Shown here one piece after another: positions 16,431-24,325 of a stretch of 50,288 nucleotides of DNA; within the stretch, counting starts at the first letter, position 1, and each line of letters begins with the position of its first letter. A program made the translations under genes and the position numbers. The DNA comes from a virus (lineage: Duplodnaviria > Caudoviricetes), in the IMG/VR virus record IMGVR_UViG_3300025135_000008, positions 1 to 50,288 of that record; one strand, 5' to 3'. Under the pieces are notes generated by a model. That model had not been told where the DNA came from, made no database searches, and worked only from the letters and a program-made list of their open reading frames with translations.

Positions 16431-17504
16431 TTAATAATCCCAGCGGACGCGAGGGCGGCCAGCGCGAATGCCAAGATGCACGAAGCCCTTTGGCGCACCG
16501 TAGCCAACGCTAAAAGGCCATTCACGGTCGCACCAGTCTTGCACCTCTTTGATACTGGTGTCTTTGATGTAAAAATCAACAGCACCTACGCTGGGTGCGT
16601 TGTACAGGTGCTCGCTACCGCTTGCGCCGCCCACTGAGCGATTGATCGATGCGGGCCTGTAACCGCTTGTAATAACTACGGGCTTGTGACCAAAGCGAAC
16701 TCGCGCACGCTCAAGGAACGCAGCCAATTCAGCAGCAGTGTTGACTTGATACTGATGATGAAAGCGACGAGCTTCTTGATTTAGCGCAAACTCACCAATG
16801 GTAATGTGGGGCGTAATGCGCGAAGTAAATGGCGCGTTAGGGTTCAGTTTGGCGACATCTTGCTGCACCGTTGGCAGCCCCTTGGCCCACAAATTGCCTT
16901 CAGCCTCTCTGCGCCTACGAAGGCCCTCTTCAAAGCTGCTGCCGGGATTGCGGTACAGCATCATCGCTTCCGGCACACGGCGCCAGTCTTTATCGCGCAG
17001 CCGTGCGGTGATCGTCTCGAAGCCTTTGGCACCGTAGAAGCCAGCGCCAAGGTTATAGGCGAACGACACCAGCGCCGACCGTTGGTTGTCGCTCATCTCA
17101 CGCCAATGCGGCACATCCTGCGCCAGCTTGACGGCGATGCGATCTACCTCCTGGCGTAGCATCATATCCGCTTCAACCCGGTTGATTTTGTTACCTTGCT
17201 TAACGGGCCTGCCATCGGCATAGCGAGTGTTGCCCCAGCCAATCGTCCACACGCCAGCAGGGCATTTGTAAGCGTCAAGATGACAGCCTTCAAATTGCTG
17301 AATCAGCTTGATTGCTTCGCCCAGGTCCTGCTGCTTACCGTCTTGGCTCCAAGTTTGAAACCATGGCCGGTCACGACGCATTGCAGCGGTATAGCCATTG
17401 GCAGCAAGGTCATATTCCAGCAATTGGATGCTGGCAGCTTGATGCGGAAGACCCTTGTAATAGCGAAACAAGGCTTCAAGGGTAATTGGTGCGGTGTTAG
17501 TCAC
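16431..17504 (-). CDS. endolysin: GH24 lysozyme + peptidase M15 domains
   Basis: FEGCHLDAYKCPAGVWTIGWG...SFAYNLG...GLRRRREAE (GH24); ITSGYR..N..VGGA..SEHL...AVDF...FVHL (M15A). Start GTG 17504 or ATG 17519. Confidence 0.9.
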   Translation of the reverse strand: MTNTAPITLEALFRYYKGLPHQAASIQLLEYDLAANGYTAAMRRDRPWFQTWSQDGKQQDLGEAIKLIQQFEGCHLDAYKCPAGVWTIGWGNTRYADGRPVKQGNKINRVEADMMLRQEVDRIAVKLAQDVPHWREMSDNQRSALVSFAYNLGAGFYGAKGFETITARLRDKDWRRVPEAMMLYRNPGSSFEEGLRRRREAEGNLWAKGLPTVQQDVAKLNPNAPFTSRITPHITIGEFALNQEARRFHHQYQVNTAAELAAFLERARVRFGHKPVVITSGYRPASINRSVGGASGSEHLYNAPSVGAVDFYIKDTSIKEVQDWCDREWPFSVGYGAPKGFVHLGIRAGRPRVRWDY

Positions 17505-17748
17505 GACGCCACGGCGCATGGATGGATATTGGACCGCCTAGCAGCTGGCTGTCTCCGGTTTGTAGCTCTGTGTCGATGGCGTGCTCAACCACCACTGGCG
17601 GCGGCGCATCAGGCGGCTGCGCTGCGTGCCAGTCAGCTTCAGCACGGTCCAGCTTGGCCGGTAGCGTTAGTTCAAACCACCACTGACGGATGGCTTGCTC
17701 TAGGCGACGTTGCCAACCTGGCTTGCCGAAGCTGATCAGCGCTTTTTT
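17497..17748 (-). CDS. start-less ORF, predicted -1 frameshift extension of the holin-like gene
   Basis: KALISFGKPGWQRRLEQAIRQWWFELTLPAKLDRAEADWHAAQPP...LLGGPISIHAPWRRD*; in-frame TAA just upstream, no ATG, entered at A_AAA_AAG. Confidence 0.65.
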   Translation of the reverse strand, partial: KKALISFGKPGWQRRLEQAIRQWWFELTLPAKLDRAEADWHAAQPPDAPPPVVVEHAIDTELQTGDSQLLGGPISIHAPWRRD

Positions 17749-17876
17749 GTTTTAATCGCATTCAAGGCGTGCAGGACAATTTGAATAATGCTGTTGTCTC
17801 TCAGTGGTGACATGCCGATCAGCTCGGAAGCTGCTGCAATGATGATCCAAAAAGCAGGGTGGTGAAGGAAGTCCAT
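17736..17876 (-). CDS. holin-like small membrane protein, 46 aa
   Basis: MDFLHHPAFWIIIAAASELIGMSPLRDNSIIQIVLHALNAIKTKKR*: hydrophobic N-terminal half, basic tail, just upstream of the endolysin. Not in the ORF track. Confidence 0.65.
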   Translation of the reverse strand: MDFLHHPAFWIIIAAASELIGMSPLRDNSIIQIVLHALNAIKTKKR

Positions 17877-18127
17877 CAGCGAGGTAGTGGGCGTGCCTCC
17901 AGTTTAGTCACACGTTGCTCAACGCCATTAAGCCTTGCGTAGGTTTCTTTGCGGTCGTCTTTGATGTCGGCGTGCATGACCTCTAGCTGAACGGCAATGT
18001 GTTCTACGGCAGAAGTAAGGCGGATGACAGCATCGCGAGCTTCATCGCTGCGGCGACTAAAGCCCATGGCTCCCATCGCGGCAACTGAAATGCTGGCGCC
18101 AGCAACGGCTGCTAAAACTTCAACCAT
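17876..18127 (-). CDS. membrane-anchored coiled-coil protein (lysis module)
   Basis: N-terminal hydrophobic segment plus heptad-rich C-terminus; TGATG-coupled to the holin-like gene. Confidence 0.6.
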   Translation of the reverse strand: MVEVLAAVAGASISVAAMGAMGFSRRSDEARDAVIRLTSAVEHIAVQLEVMHADIKDDRKETYARLNGVEQRVTKLEARPLPR

Positions 18128-18151
18128 GATGCAACAAGCTGCCTTAGTAGT

Positions 18152-18286
18152 TTAGCGGCCCTGCCCTCTACGAAGCTTGCGTGTGCCGCGTGGTTTGCTG
18201 CGTTTGCTGTTGCCTTGACGGGTAAGTTTTGGTTTAGCGGGCTGATGCTGAATAGCGCCAGTGCCAGTTTTGCTGCGAACGGCCAT
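18152..18286 (-). CDS. small basic protein ending RGQGR, 44 aa
   Basis: Manual translation MAVRSKTGTGAIQHQPAKPKLTRQGNSKRSKPRGTRKLRRGQGR*; resembles a cyanophage small-protein family (recollection). Confidence 0.6.
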   Translation of the reverse strand: MAVRSKTGTGAIQHQPAKPKLTRQGNSKRSKPRGTRKLRRGQGR

Positions 18287-18335
18287 TTTACCGCTTAATT
18301 TACCGTTGTATTGTAACAGGTTTTAGAGGTGGTCT

Positions 18336-18560
18336 CTAGTGGGTGGAGTTGTTGTCCAGCTCGGCGGCGATGGCGAGGAGTTGAGAGCGAGACGCAATGA
18401 TTCCGCCTATCTGATGGCTTTGTTTTGGGTCGTGATGCAACTGCGTAGCAGCAGCCCGCAGGGCGGCGGCGAGGGAGTCGCCATAGTCAACAAACACACC
18501 GGGCTCTTCACTGTTGAAGGCTTCCCAGACGGCAAGCGCGGCGGGGGAGAGGTCAGTCAT
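18336..18560 (-). CDS. hypothetical micro-ORF (MTDLSPAA type)
   Basis: Starts ATGACTGA; LAAALRAAA...LLAIAAEL. Confidence 0.6.
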   Translation of the reverse strand: MTDLSPAALAVWEAFNSEEPGVFVDYGDSLAAALRAAATQLHHDPKQSHQIGGIIASRSQLLAIAAELDNNSTH

Positions 18561-18855
18561 CAGGCAGGGCCTCCAGGGCGCGGCGGATGATGCCGTCAGG
18601 GTCGATGTAGTCGTTGCACCGCTCCAGCGCCTGCTCCTTCAAGCTCGGCGGCTTGGGGCGGCGGGCGGTGCGAAGAGCGTGAGCCCACCGTGGGTTCTGG
18701 TTTTCAATTAACCAGCTCACACACGCCTCCAGCTCCATGTCGGCGCCTGCTTGGTAAGCCTGAATCAACATGACATCGTAGTTCTCGCCTTCGTCAAAGT
18801 GCTGGTCTTCCCAGTGCTTAAGCAGCTCCGGTGGTGGGGTGATGGGGTCAGTCAT
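18553..18855 (-). CDS. hypothetical micro-ORF (ITPPPEL / KPPSLKEQAL type)
   Basis: Starts ATGACTGA at 18855; GADMELEAC, RPKPPSLKEQAL, IIRRALEALPD. Confidence 0.6.
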   Translation of the reverse strand: MTDPITPPPELLKHWEDQHFDEGENYDVMLIQAYQAGADMELEACVSWLIENQNPRWAHALRTARRPKPPSLKEQALERCNDYIDPDGIIRRALEALPDD

Positions 18856-19295
18856 TGCCCGGCCTCCTGCTCTCGCAACCATGCCGCTACGACGTAAATC
18901 ACAGCACGGGCTTCAGGCATCCATTCATCTACTGGTACGTTTGGATCGCTGTCAGTTACGCCATGCAGCGTTATTGCCACACGTTGCACCAGCTCTAACG
19001 GCGGAGTAATGAGGTCAGTCATGGCACGGGTGTTGGCTTCTGGCGGGTCCATTGCCTCCAAGCAATGCTGCTGGGGCTCGTTGTCGTCCCTGACCAGCTC
19101 GTACTCCAAGTGTCCGACTTGCAGGGTTAGCCGGTGGTGTCGATATTGCAGGTCGGAGAGCTGCATCAACTGCACCTCGCAGTGTTTCTCCAGCGTCTCA
19201 ACCCTGGCACGGAGTTCAAGGATGCAAGCGCGGGTGCCAGATGCAAACGCCCCAGCGTCTGCCCACTGTTCAAGAGTGGCTTTCTCGTCAGTCAT
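18852..19295 (-). CDS. hypothetical protein, fusion of two micro-ORF modules
   Basis: Starts ATGACTGA at 19295 (CILELRARVETLE); internal in-frame ATGACTGA at 19022 (MTDLITPP...VAAWL). Confidence 0.55.
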   Translation of the reverse strand: MTDEKATLEQWADAGAFASGTRACILELRARVETLEKHCEVQLMQLSDLQYRHHRLTLQVGHLEYELVRDDNEPQQHCLEAMDPPEANTRAMTDLITPPLELVQRVAITLHGVTDSDPNVPVDEWMPEARAVIYVVAAWLREQEAGQ

Positions 19296-19482
19296 GGACG
19301 GTGGCCTCATAGCCTTCAGCCATTAGCGATGCTGACAGTGCCATGGCTAGTTGTTTGGTGTAGCGCTTTGTGCCGCCAGCGACCATATCAGTCACGGTCC
19401 AGCGCTTTTGATTTGTCCAGATGACAATCTTGTCGCCATCTTTCTCAAAGAAAACGGCACGGGGGTTGGTTGATTCGGTCAT
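19288..19482 (-). CDS. hypothetical micro-ORF
   Basis: 64 aa; starts ATGACCGA with AGGAGG upstream. Confidence 0.55.
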   Translation of the reverse strand: MTESTNPRAVFFEKDGDKIVIWTNQKRWTVTDMVAGGTKRYTKQLAMALSASLMAEGYEATVHD

Positions 19483-19486
19483 GGGA

Positions 19487-19687
19487 TTAGTCCTCCTGAC
19501 TTGTGGGGTTGACCTCTTCGCGCAGCCACAGCGAACAGCCGTGCTGGCCTTTGGTATCGAGCCACGCCGCTACCTCACGGATGGCATCACGGGCAGCGTC
19601 TTGATGCAGCCACTGGTCTGGGCAGATGCTGCGATCAATCGCGCAGCTCACCCGCTCCAGCAATGGCCTAGGGTAATCTTCAGTCAT
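19487..19687 (-). CDS. hypothetical micro-ORF (AIREVAAWL type)
   Basis: Starts ATGACTGA at 19687, with AGGAGG just upstream. Confidence 0.55.
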   Translation of the reverse strand: MTEDYPRPLLERVSCAIDRSICPDQWLHQDAARDAIREVAAWLDTKGQHGCSLWLREEVNPTSQED

Positions 19688-19751
19688 CGGTGCGCCTCCT
19701 GTGGCGTAGCGGTCACGGGCCAGGCAGGTCGCACTGCGCTGGTCCACCACA

Positions 19752-19781
19752 ATGGTACAGCAGCCGCGCCAGCTCAGGCAA
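19752..19781 (-). promoter_or_regulatory. putative sigma70-type promoter for the micro-ORF array
   Basis: TTGCCT-N18-TACCAT on the - strand, upstream of an AGGAGG RBS and the ATG at 19687. Confidence 0.45.
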
Positions 19782-19902
19782 TACCTGCTAGCCAACTCCT
19801 AATCTGCGCCAAATTGGGAGTTGAACCTTTAATAAGCGGTGGACTACTTAAAAGTTTTTAAGTAACCCGCCCAGCCCAGTTGCCGCAGTCGAAGTGAGTA
19901 GG

Positions 19903-20103
19903 TTACTGGGCTTCTAGCGTTCTGATTTCATCGCGCCATTCTTGCCGTTGTATAATCATTTGGGGCTTTTCTTTGTCGTAGTCTTTCAGCGCGACGTAAT
20001 CAGTGTCAGACAGGAGTTGCTTGAGTTCGGCAATGCGTTGCTCGCGTTTCTGTTGTGCTTTTTCTTGAGCAAGTTGCTGAGCGGTTTTGATAGTTTTAAA
20101 CAT
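19903..20103 (-). CDS. tail fibre assembly chaperone-like protein
   Basis: LLSDTDYVALKDY...RQEWRDEIR, typical of small chaperones after fibre genes. Confidence 0.6.
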   Translation of the reverse strand: MFKTIKTAQQLAQEKAQQKREQRIAELKQLLSDTDYVALKDYDKEKPQMIIQRQEWRDEIRTLEAQ

Positions 20104-20105
20104 AA

Positions 20106-20420
20106 TCAGGGCTCCTCCTCGTGGGATTCTGGTTTCCAGGTGATGGGACAGGGGACATCCCCAGACTCTATTTCAAAGGTGTAGTCTGACCAGTCGGTGG
20201 ATTGATTGGGCTCCGCCAGGGCTGAGTCGTAGTGATACTGGATGGTGGCCTGCTCGCGGGTGACAAAACCGACAAAAGGAGAGTCGTCATCGGGCTCGGC
20301 TTGCCCGCCTTCGGGGATAACCGATAGGTCGATGGGAGTGCCGTCGATGGTCAGCACCAAGCCGTCAATCGAGACGCTAGTGGTGTGGTCTGATGCGATG
20401 GGCGAAAGAATGAGTTTCAT
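20106..20420 (-). CDS. tail-fibre-associated protein
   Basis: MKLILSP...LTIDG..IDLS.IPEG; directly after the fibre gene. Confidence 0.55.
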   Translation of the reverse strand: MKLILSPIASDHTTSVSIDGLVLTIDGTPIDLSVIPEGGQAEPDDDSPFVGFVTREQATIQYHYDSALAEPNQSTDWSDYTFEIESGDVPCPITWKPESHEEEP

Positions 20421-20423
20421 GGG

Positions 20424-23096
20424 TTAGTACCAACGGCCAATAATAAACAGAAAAAAAGCAGTATTTGTCGAGTTGCTACGGTTTATTTGAACGTTCATTC
20501 CCGTTGTCGTGTGAGTGCTTAGTGTTATGTTTGTTGCGGTTAGTGGGACTGAACTATCAAGTGTGCCTTGAGCACTGTACAACATGCTGCCGCCCGCAGT
20601 TGAAGTAACCGCTGCGTCTACAAATGTGACAGGATGAGTTATTGCTGTTGTATTAACGCCTGACGCAGTTCTGGTTTCAACGCCATACATAAAAGCGTGT
20701 TGAGTACCATCAGCATACTTCACAAACCGCCCGTTTGCGTTTGTTCCTTGCTCTATAATACCAGGCTCAAGGTGCAGCGTGCCAGACGCATAGTTTGTTA
20801 TAGGTCCAACAGCATTACGTCTAGTCAGTACATGAGCGTCGTTCCAGAGCCAATAGTGACCATCCCAGGTGGTATCAACAGTATAAAAATCAATGGTTGG
20901 ATCATTTATTGATAATCCAGAGTAAATAAACCCAGATGGGTCAGGAGTACCGTCGTAAGCATCAAGATCCGTTAATTCTACTTTCGTAAAAGCTAAGGGT
21001 TCGTCAGTACGAAGTCCGGTAAAACGACCGTGCCCAAATCTAATAGGCGATCCAAGAGCAGAAGAGGTATTTTGCAATCCGATGTATTCAACCCCGTCCA
21101 TACGGAATTGAACTAACCTCATGCGAAGGTTAGAGTCATTTCTTTGGATCTGGTAATTTGCTCTACGGCTGTCATTACTAGCAACAGCATAGTCTAAAAC
21201 AAGCCTAGTCGAACTAGTATTTGTTGTTATGGTAGCAAAACTCCGGTTAAGAACAAGTTCTCCCCTAAATAGGGTATTGGGTGCTCTAGCCTTACACAGA
21301 AGAAGAATGTCGTTTTGTTCAATCTCTAGAGGGAGGACAATTTCTCCAGCGTAATAAGTACCCTGATCTGTCGTAGTGGGACCCCTTAGTCCGCCATCGC
21401 CTGTAAGAATGCCTTCAACTGTCGTATTTCCAATTTCATCAACAATAATTTGTTGAGTGCCATTAGTTGAGATGCCTACGCTGTTTGCGGCAGGTAGATA
21501 AATGCCATTTGTCGGTGCGGTGCTGCCAGTTGGGATCAGGCTGGCGGCAGTGCTGGTGCCAGTGGTGACGACGTTTTGGCTGCCAAAGTTCGGGCTGATC
21601 TTGGTGCCAGCGATCGCAGCGCTGGCGTTGATATCTGCATCGACGATCACGCCCGATGCGATCGAGGTGGCGATGCTTGCACCACTGGTCAAATCACTGC
21701 TGACCGTACCAGTCACATCTCCGGTGACTTCGAATGTACGGCTGCTGTCGAGCTTCGTTGCAGTTGCAGCATTGCCGGCAGTGTCTTGATTGCCTGCAGT
21801 ATTAACGCCAGGCAGGTTGATATTGGCAGTGCCGTCAAATGACACGCCGCCTATTGTGCGTGCAGTCTCAAGAGCTGTTGCAGTGCTGGCGTTACCCGTC
21901 AATGCGGCGGTAATGGTGCCAGCCGTGAAGTTCCCCGAGCCATCACGCGCCACAATGGCGCTAGCGGCGTTGGTGGCAGTGGCGGTGGTAGCACTGTTGC
22001 TGACTTTACCGCCAGTGGCGATGGTCGCAAGCTTGGTGTCAACAATGCCCGCGCTGGCATTGATGTCGGCGTTGACAATGGTGCCGTCTTTAATCATGGT
22101 GCTGGTAACAGTGCCAGTTTGCGCTGTTGTGATAACAGTGCTATCAACATCAACAGTTACAGCGCCATCGGCATTTGTAATGTCAATGCCAGTGCCACCA
22201 GTCAGCGTTGATTTGGCAAGTGTGCCATCAGTTTTACCAATTAGCAGCTCACCATTGGCGTAGGTGGTTTGTCCAGTGCCGCCCTGTGCAGTAGCAACTG
22301 TAGTAAATCCTGTGCCGATGGCTCCACCGGTTAAGGTGCCGACGCTTGTAAGACTACTGCTGGTGACACCACTACCTAGGCTGCTACCCGTCAGCACATC
22401 AGCGTTGTTGATTTTATAGCTTTTACCTGTTGCAAGGTCTACGTTTTCGCTGCTAGTCCAACTATCAGTTGCATCCACCCAGTTAATTGTCTTATCAGTA
22501 GTGCCTTTTAGCGTGATGCCACCACCATCGGCAGTAGTGTCTGTTGGGCTGGTAACTTTGCCAAGCTCAATGTTTTTATCTTCAACCGTCAGCGTCTGCG
22601 TATTGATAATTGTCTCAGTACCATTAACCGTCAGGTCGCCTTGCACCGTCAAGTTGGCGTCAAATATTGCATTACCAGTTACATCTAGCGTACCGGGAAT
22701 GTCAATATTACTAGCCCATTCAACGCCATCGCCATCAGCATTGGTTTGCAGCAATTGGCGTGCGGTGCCAGCCAGCAGCTTTGAAACTGGCAAGTCATCA
22801 GGCAGTGTGGACACCCAGGCACTGCCATCCCATACCTTGAGCTGCTCAGGGCTAACGCCAATATCTAGCCAAAATTCAGATTTGCTATTGCCCGAGGTGC
22901 CGCCAGACGCGGGCGTGGAATTAGGAGCAGTCGCACCAATATGGACAGGGCCAATTTTAACCAATGCGCCAGCTTCATCCTTAAAAAACAATCCAGGACT
23001 GCCGCTTTCGTAATTAACAGCAAGCTGACCAACAGCCATAATGGCCGGATCAGGTCTTTTGTTGGCGGTGCCAGTACGCAGGTGCTTAAGTGCCAT
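20424..23096 (-). CDS. tail fibre protein
   Basis: 890 aa, Thr/Gly/Ala-rich; GNASTATAL/GNAATATKL and ADINASA repeats; C-terminal IIEQGTNANGRFVKYADGTQ fibre-tip motif. Confidence 0.8.
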   Translation of the reverse strand: MALKHLRTGTANKRPDPAIMAVGQLAVNYESGSPGLFFKDEAGALVKIGPVHIGATAPNSTPASGGTSGNSKSEFWLDIGVSPEQLKVWDGSAWVSTLPDDLPVSKLLAGTARQLLQTNADGDGVEWASNIDIPGTLDVTGNAIFDANLTVQGDLTVNGTETIINTQTLTVEDKNIELGKVTSPTDTTADGGGITLKGTTDKTINWVDATDSWTSSENVDLATGKSYKINNADVLTGSSLGSGVTSSSLTSVGTLTGGAIGTGFTTVATAQGGTGQTTYANGELLIGKTDGTLAKSTLTGGTGIDITNADGAVTVDVDSTVITTAQTGTVTSTMIKDGTIVNADINASAGIVDTKLATIATGGKVSNSATTATATNAASAIVARDGSGNFTAGTITAALTGNASTATALETARTIGGVSFDGTANINLPGVNTAGNQDTAGNAATATKLDSSRTFEVTGDVTGTVSSDLTSGASIATSIASGVIVDADINASAAIAGTKISPNFGSQNVVTTGTSTAASLIPTGSTAPTNGIYLPAANSVGISTNGTQQIIVDEIGNTTVEGILTGDGGLRGPTTTDQGTYYAGEIVLPLEIEQNDILLLCKARAPNTLFRGELVLNRSFATITTNTSSTRLVLDYAVASNDSRRANYQIQRNDSNLRMRLVQFRMDGVEYIGLQNTSSALGSPIRFGHGRFTGLRTDEPLAFTKVELTDLDAYDGTPDPSGFIYSGLSINDPTIDFYTVDTTWDGHYWLWNDAHVLTRRNAVGPITNYASGTLHLEPGIIEQGTNANGRFVKYADGTQHAFMYGVETRTASGVNTTAITHPVTFVDAAVTSTAGGSMLYSAQGTLDSSVPLTATNITLSTHTTTGMNVQINRSNSTNTAFFLFIIGRWY

Positions 23097-23141
23097 TCCT
23101 TAACACCCTCAAAAAGGGCCGGAGTTATGCAACCAGTCTAC

Positions 23142-23594
23142 TCAAAATGTGCCATCGTCCCAATCACCTGTCGCCGTACCAGTAACGGTCAGGTCAACAA
23201 CTGAAAAGCTACCAGTGCCATCGCGCAATACAAGCGTATTTGCAGTGTCAATGGCAGTAGCAGCGTCAAGCTTAATTTTATCTGCACTGCTCATAAAACC
23301 TGCAGCGCCACTGGTGGCAACTGCATGAAGCGACCCACCCGCTTGATTGCCGTGCGCGTGAACGTGATCAGAGCGAGAAGCGCCGCCATCGGTGCCTGCG
23401 AATGCAGTGCCAACAGACAATGGCAGGTTGTTGCTAAGGGCAACAATTTGTGCCCCAGGCGCTTCAAGGGAGATCAGTTGCGTGATGCTGCCATCAAGGA
23501 GAATAATTTCGCCAAGCTGGTCTTCTACCAAGTCGATAGAAACAACCTGATCAGGGCTGTCAATAATTTCAACCTGGGAGACGACGCTAGGCAT
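23142..23594 (-). CDS. putative tail/fibre structural protein
   Basis: SRSDHVHAH and AGFMSSADKIKLD fibre-type repeats. Confidence 0.55.
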   Translation of the reverse strand: MPSVVSQVEIIDSPDQVVSIDLVEDQLGEIILLDGSITQLISLEAPGAQIVALSNNLPLSVGTAFAGTDGGASRSDHVHAHGNQAGGSLHAVATSGAAGFMSSADKIKLDAATAIDTANTLVLRDGTGSFSVVDLTVTGTATGDWDDGTF

Positions 23595-23974
23595 TAGTCA
23601 TTCCTGCTAGTGGTTTCACGAACCTCAAGCGGTCCTTCGCAATAATAAAAGCGATCACCACTTGGGTAGGTAATTGATACGTCCCAGCGATGAGTTGTGG
23701 CAATTGGCAGGGCAAGCGTAGTGGCAGGATCAAGCGTAAGATCAAAGAAGCCGGGAATAGGCGAACCATTGTCTTCGGTAAGCACTGGCGTAAAAGTTGC
23801 AATTTCTACGCCATCAATATCTTTGATGTCTGCATCAATGACAGTTCCTACAGGCGTGAGGTCAATGGGATCGTCATCAATTTTAACTTGAAACCGCTTG
23901 CGGAATGTACTATTCCGCAACACAACAAACGCTCGCGTTGCTGGGTAGATGACGAGTGGTGGTAGTGCGGTCAT
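23594..23974 (-). CDS. putative virion protein (baseplate upper/Ig-like)
   Basis: PIDLT...LTLDP..T..L....RWDV......YYCEG pattern; in the tail module. Confidence 0.5.
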   Translation of the reverse strand: MTALPPLVIYPATRAFVVLRNSTFRKRFQVKIDDDPIDLTPVGTVIDADIKDIDGVEIATFTPVLTEDNGSPIPGFFDLTLDPATTLALPIATTHRWDVSITYPSGDRFYYCEGPLEVRETTSRND

Positions 23975-24324
23975 GACTCCTCACCTTCTTTGACCTTGCT
24001 TTCCCATGGTAGCGAGCGCGTTTCGATCAAAGGCTCGTTCAGCTCTGCAATCAGTTCTTCCTTCATGGTGTCTAGGGCGCTGCCGAGGGCCGCTTCTACA
24101 AAACCAATAAAAATATCTTGCGAAACGTCGTCGAAACCAACAAAACTCATTGCATCAGGAGGTGCAAAGTTAATTACACCATCTTTGTAGGCAATTTGAT
24201 TATCAATTGAGCAATGCAGTCGATACTTGACAGAATGGATGACGTTTACCATCCCTTCGTAAGACGGCAAAGCCATTAAGCCGTAAAAACGCCAGAAAAA
24301 AGTTGCACTCATTGGGTTTTCCAT
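23971..24324 (-). CDS. hypothetical tail-associated protein
   Basis: 117 aa directly after the large spike gene. Confidence 0.5.
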   Translation of the reverse strand: MENPMSATFFWRFYGLMALPSYEGMVNVIHSVKYRLHCSIDNQIAYKDGVINFAPPDAMSFVGFDDVSQDIFIGFVEAALGSALDTMKEELIAELNEPLIETRSLPWESKVKEGEES

Positions 24325-24325
24325 T

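Noticed and set aside
17196-17735. 179-aa + strand ORF covering the holin-endolysin gap
   Set aside because: Antisense to the endolysin with no motifs. The - strand frameshift ORF explains the gap better.
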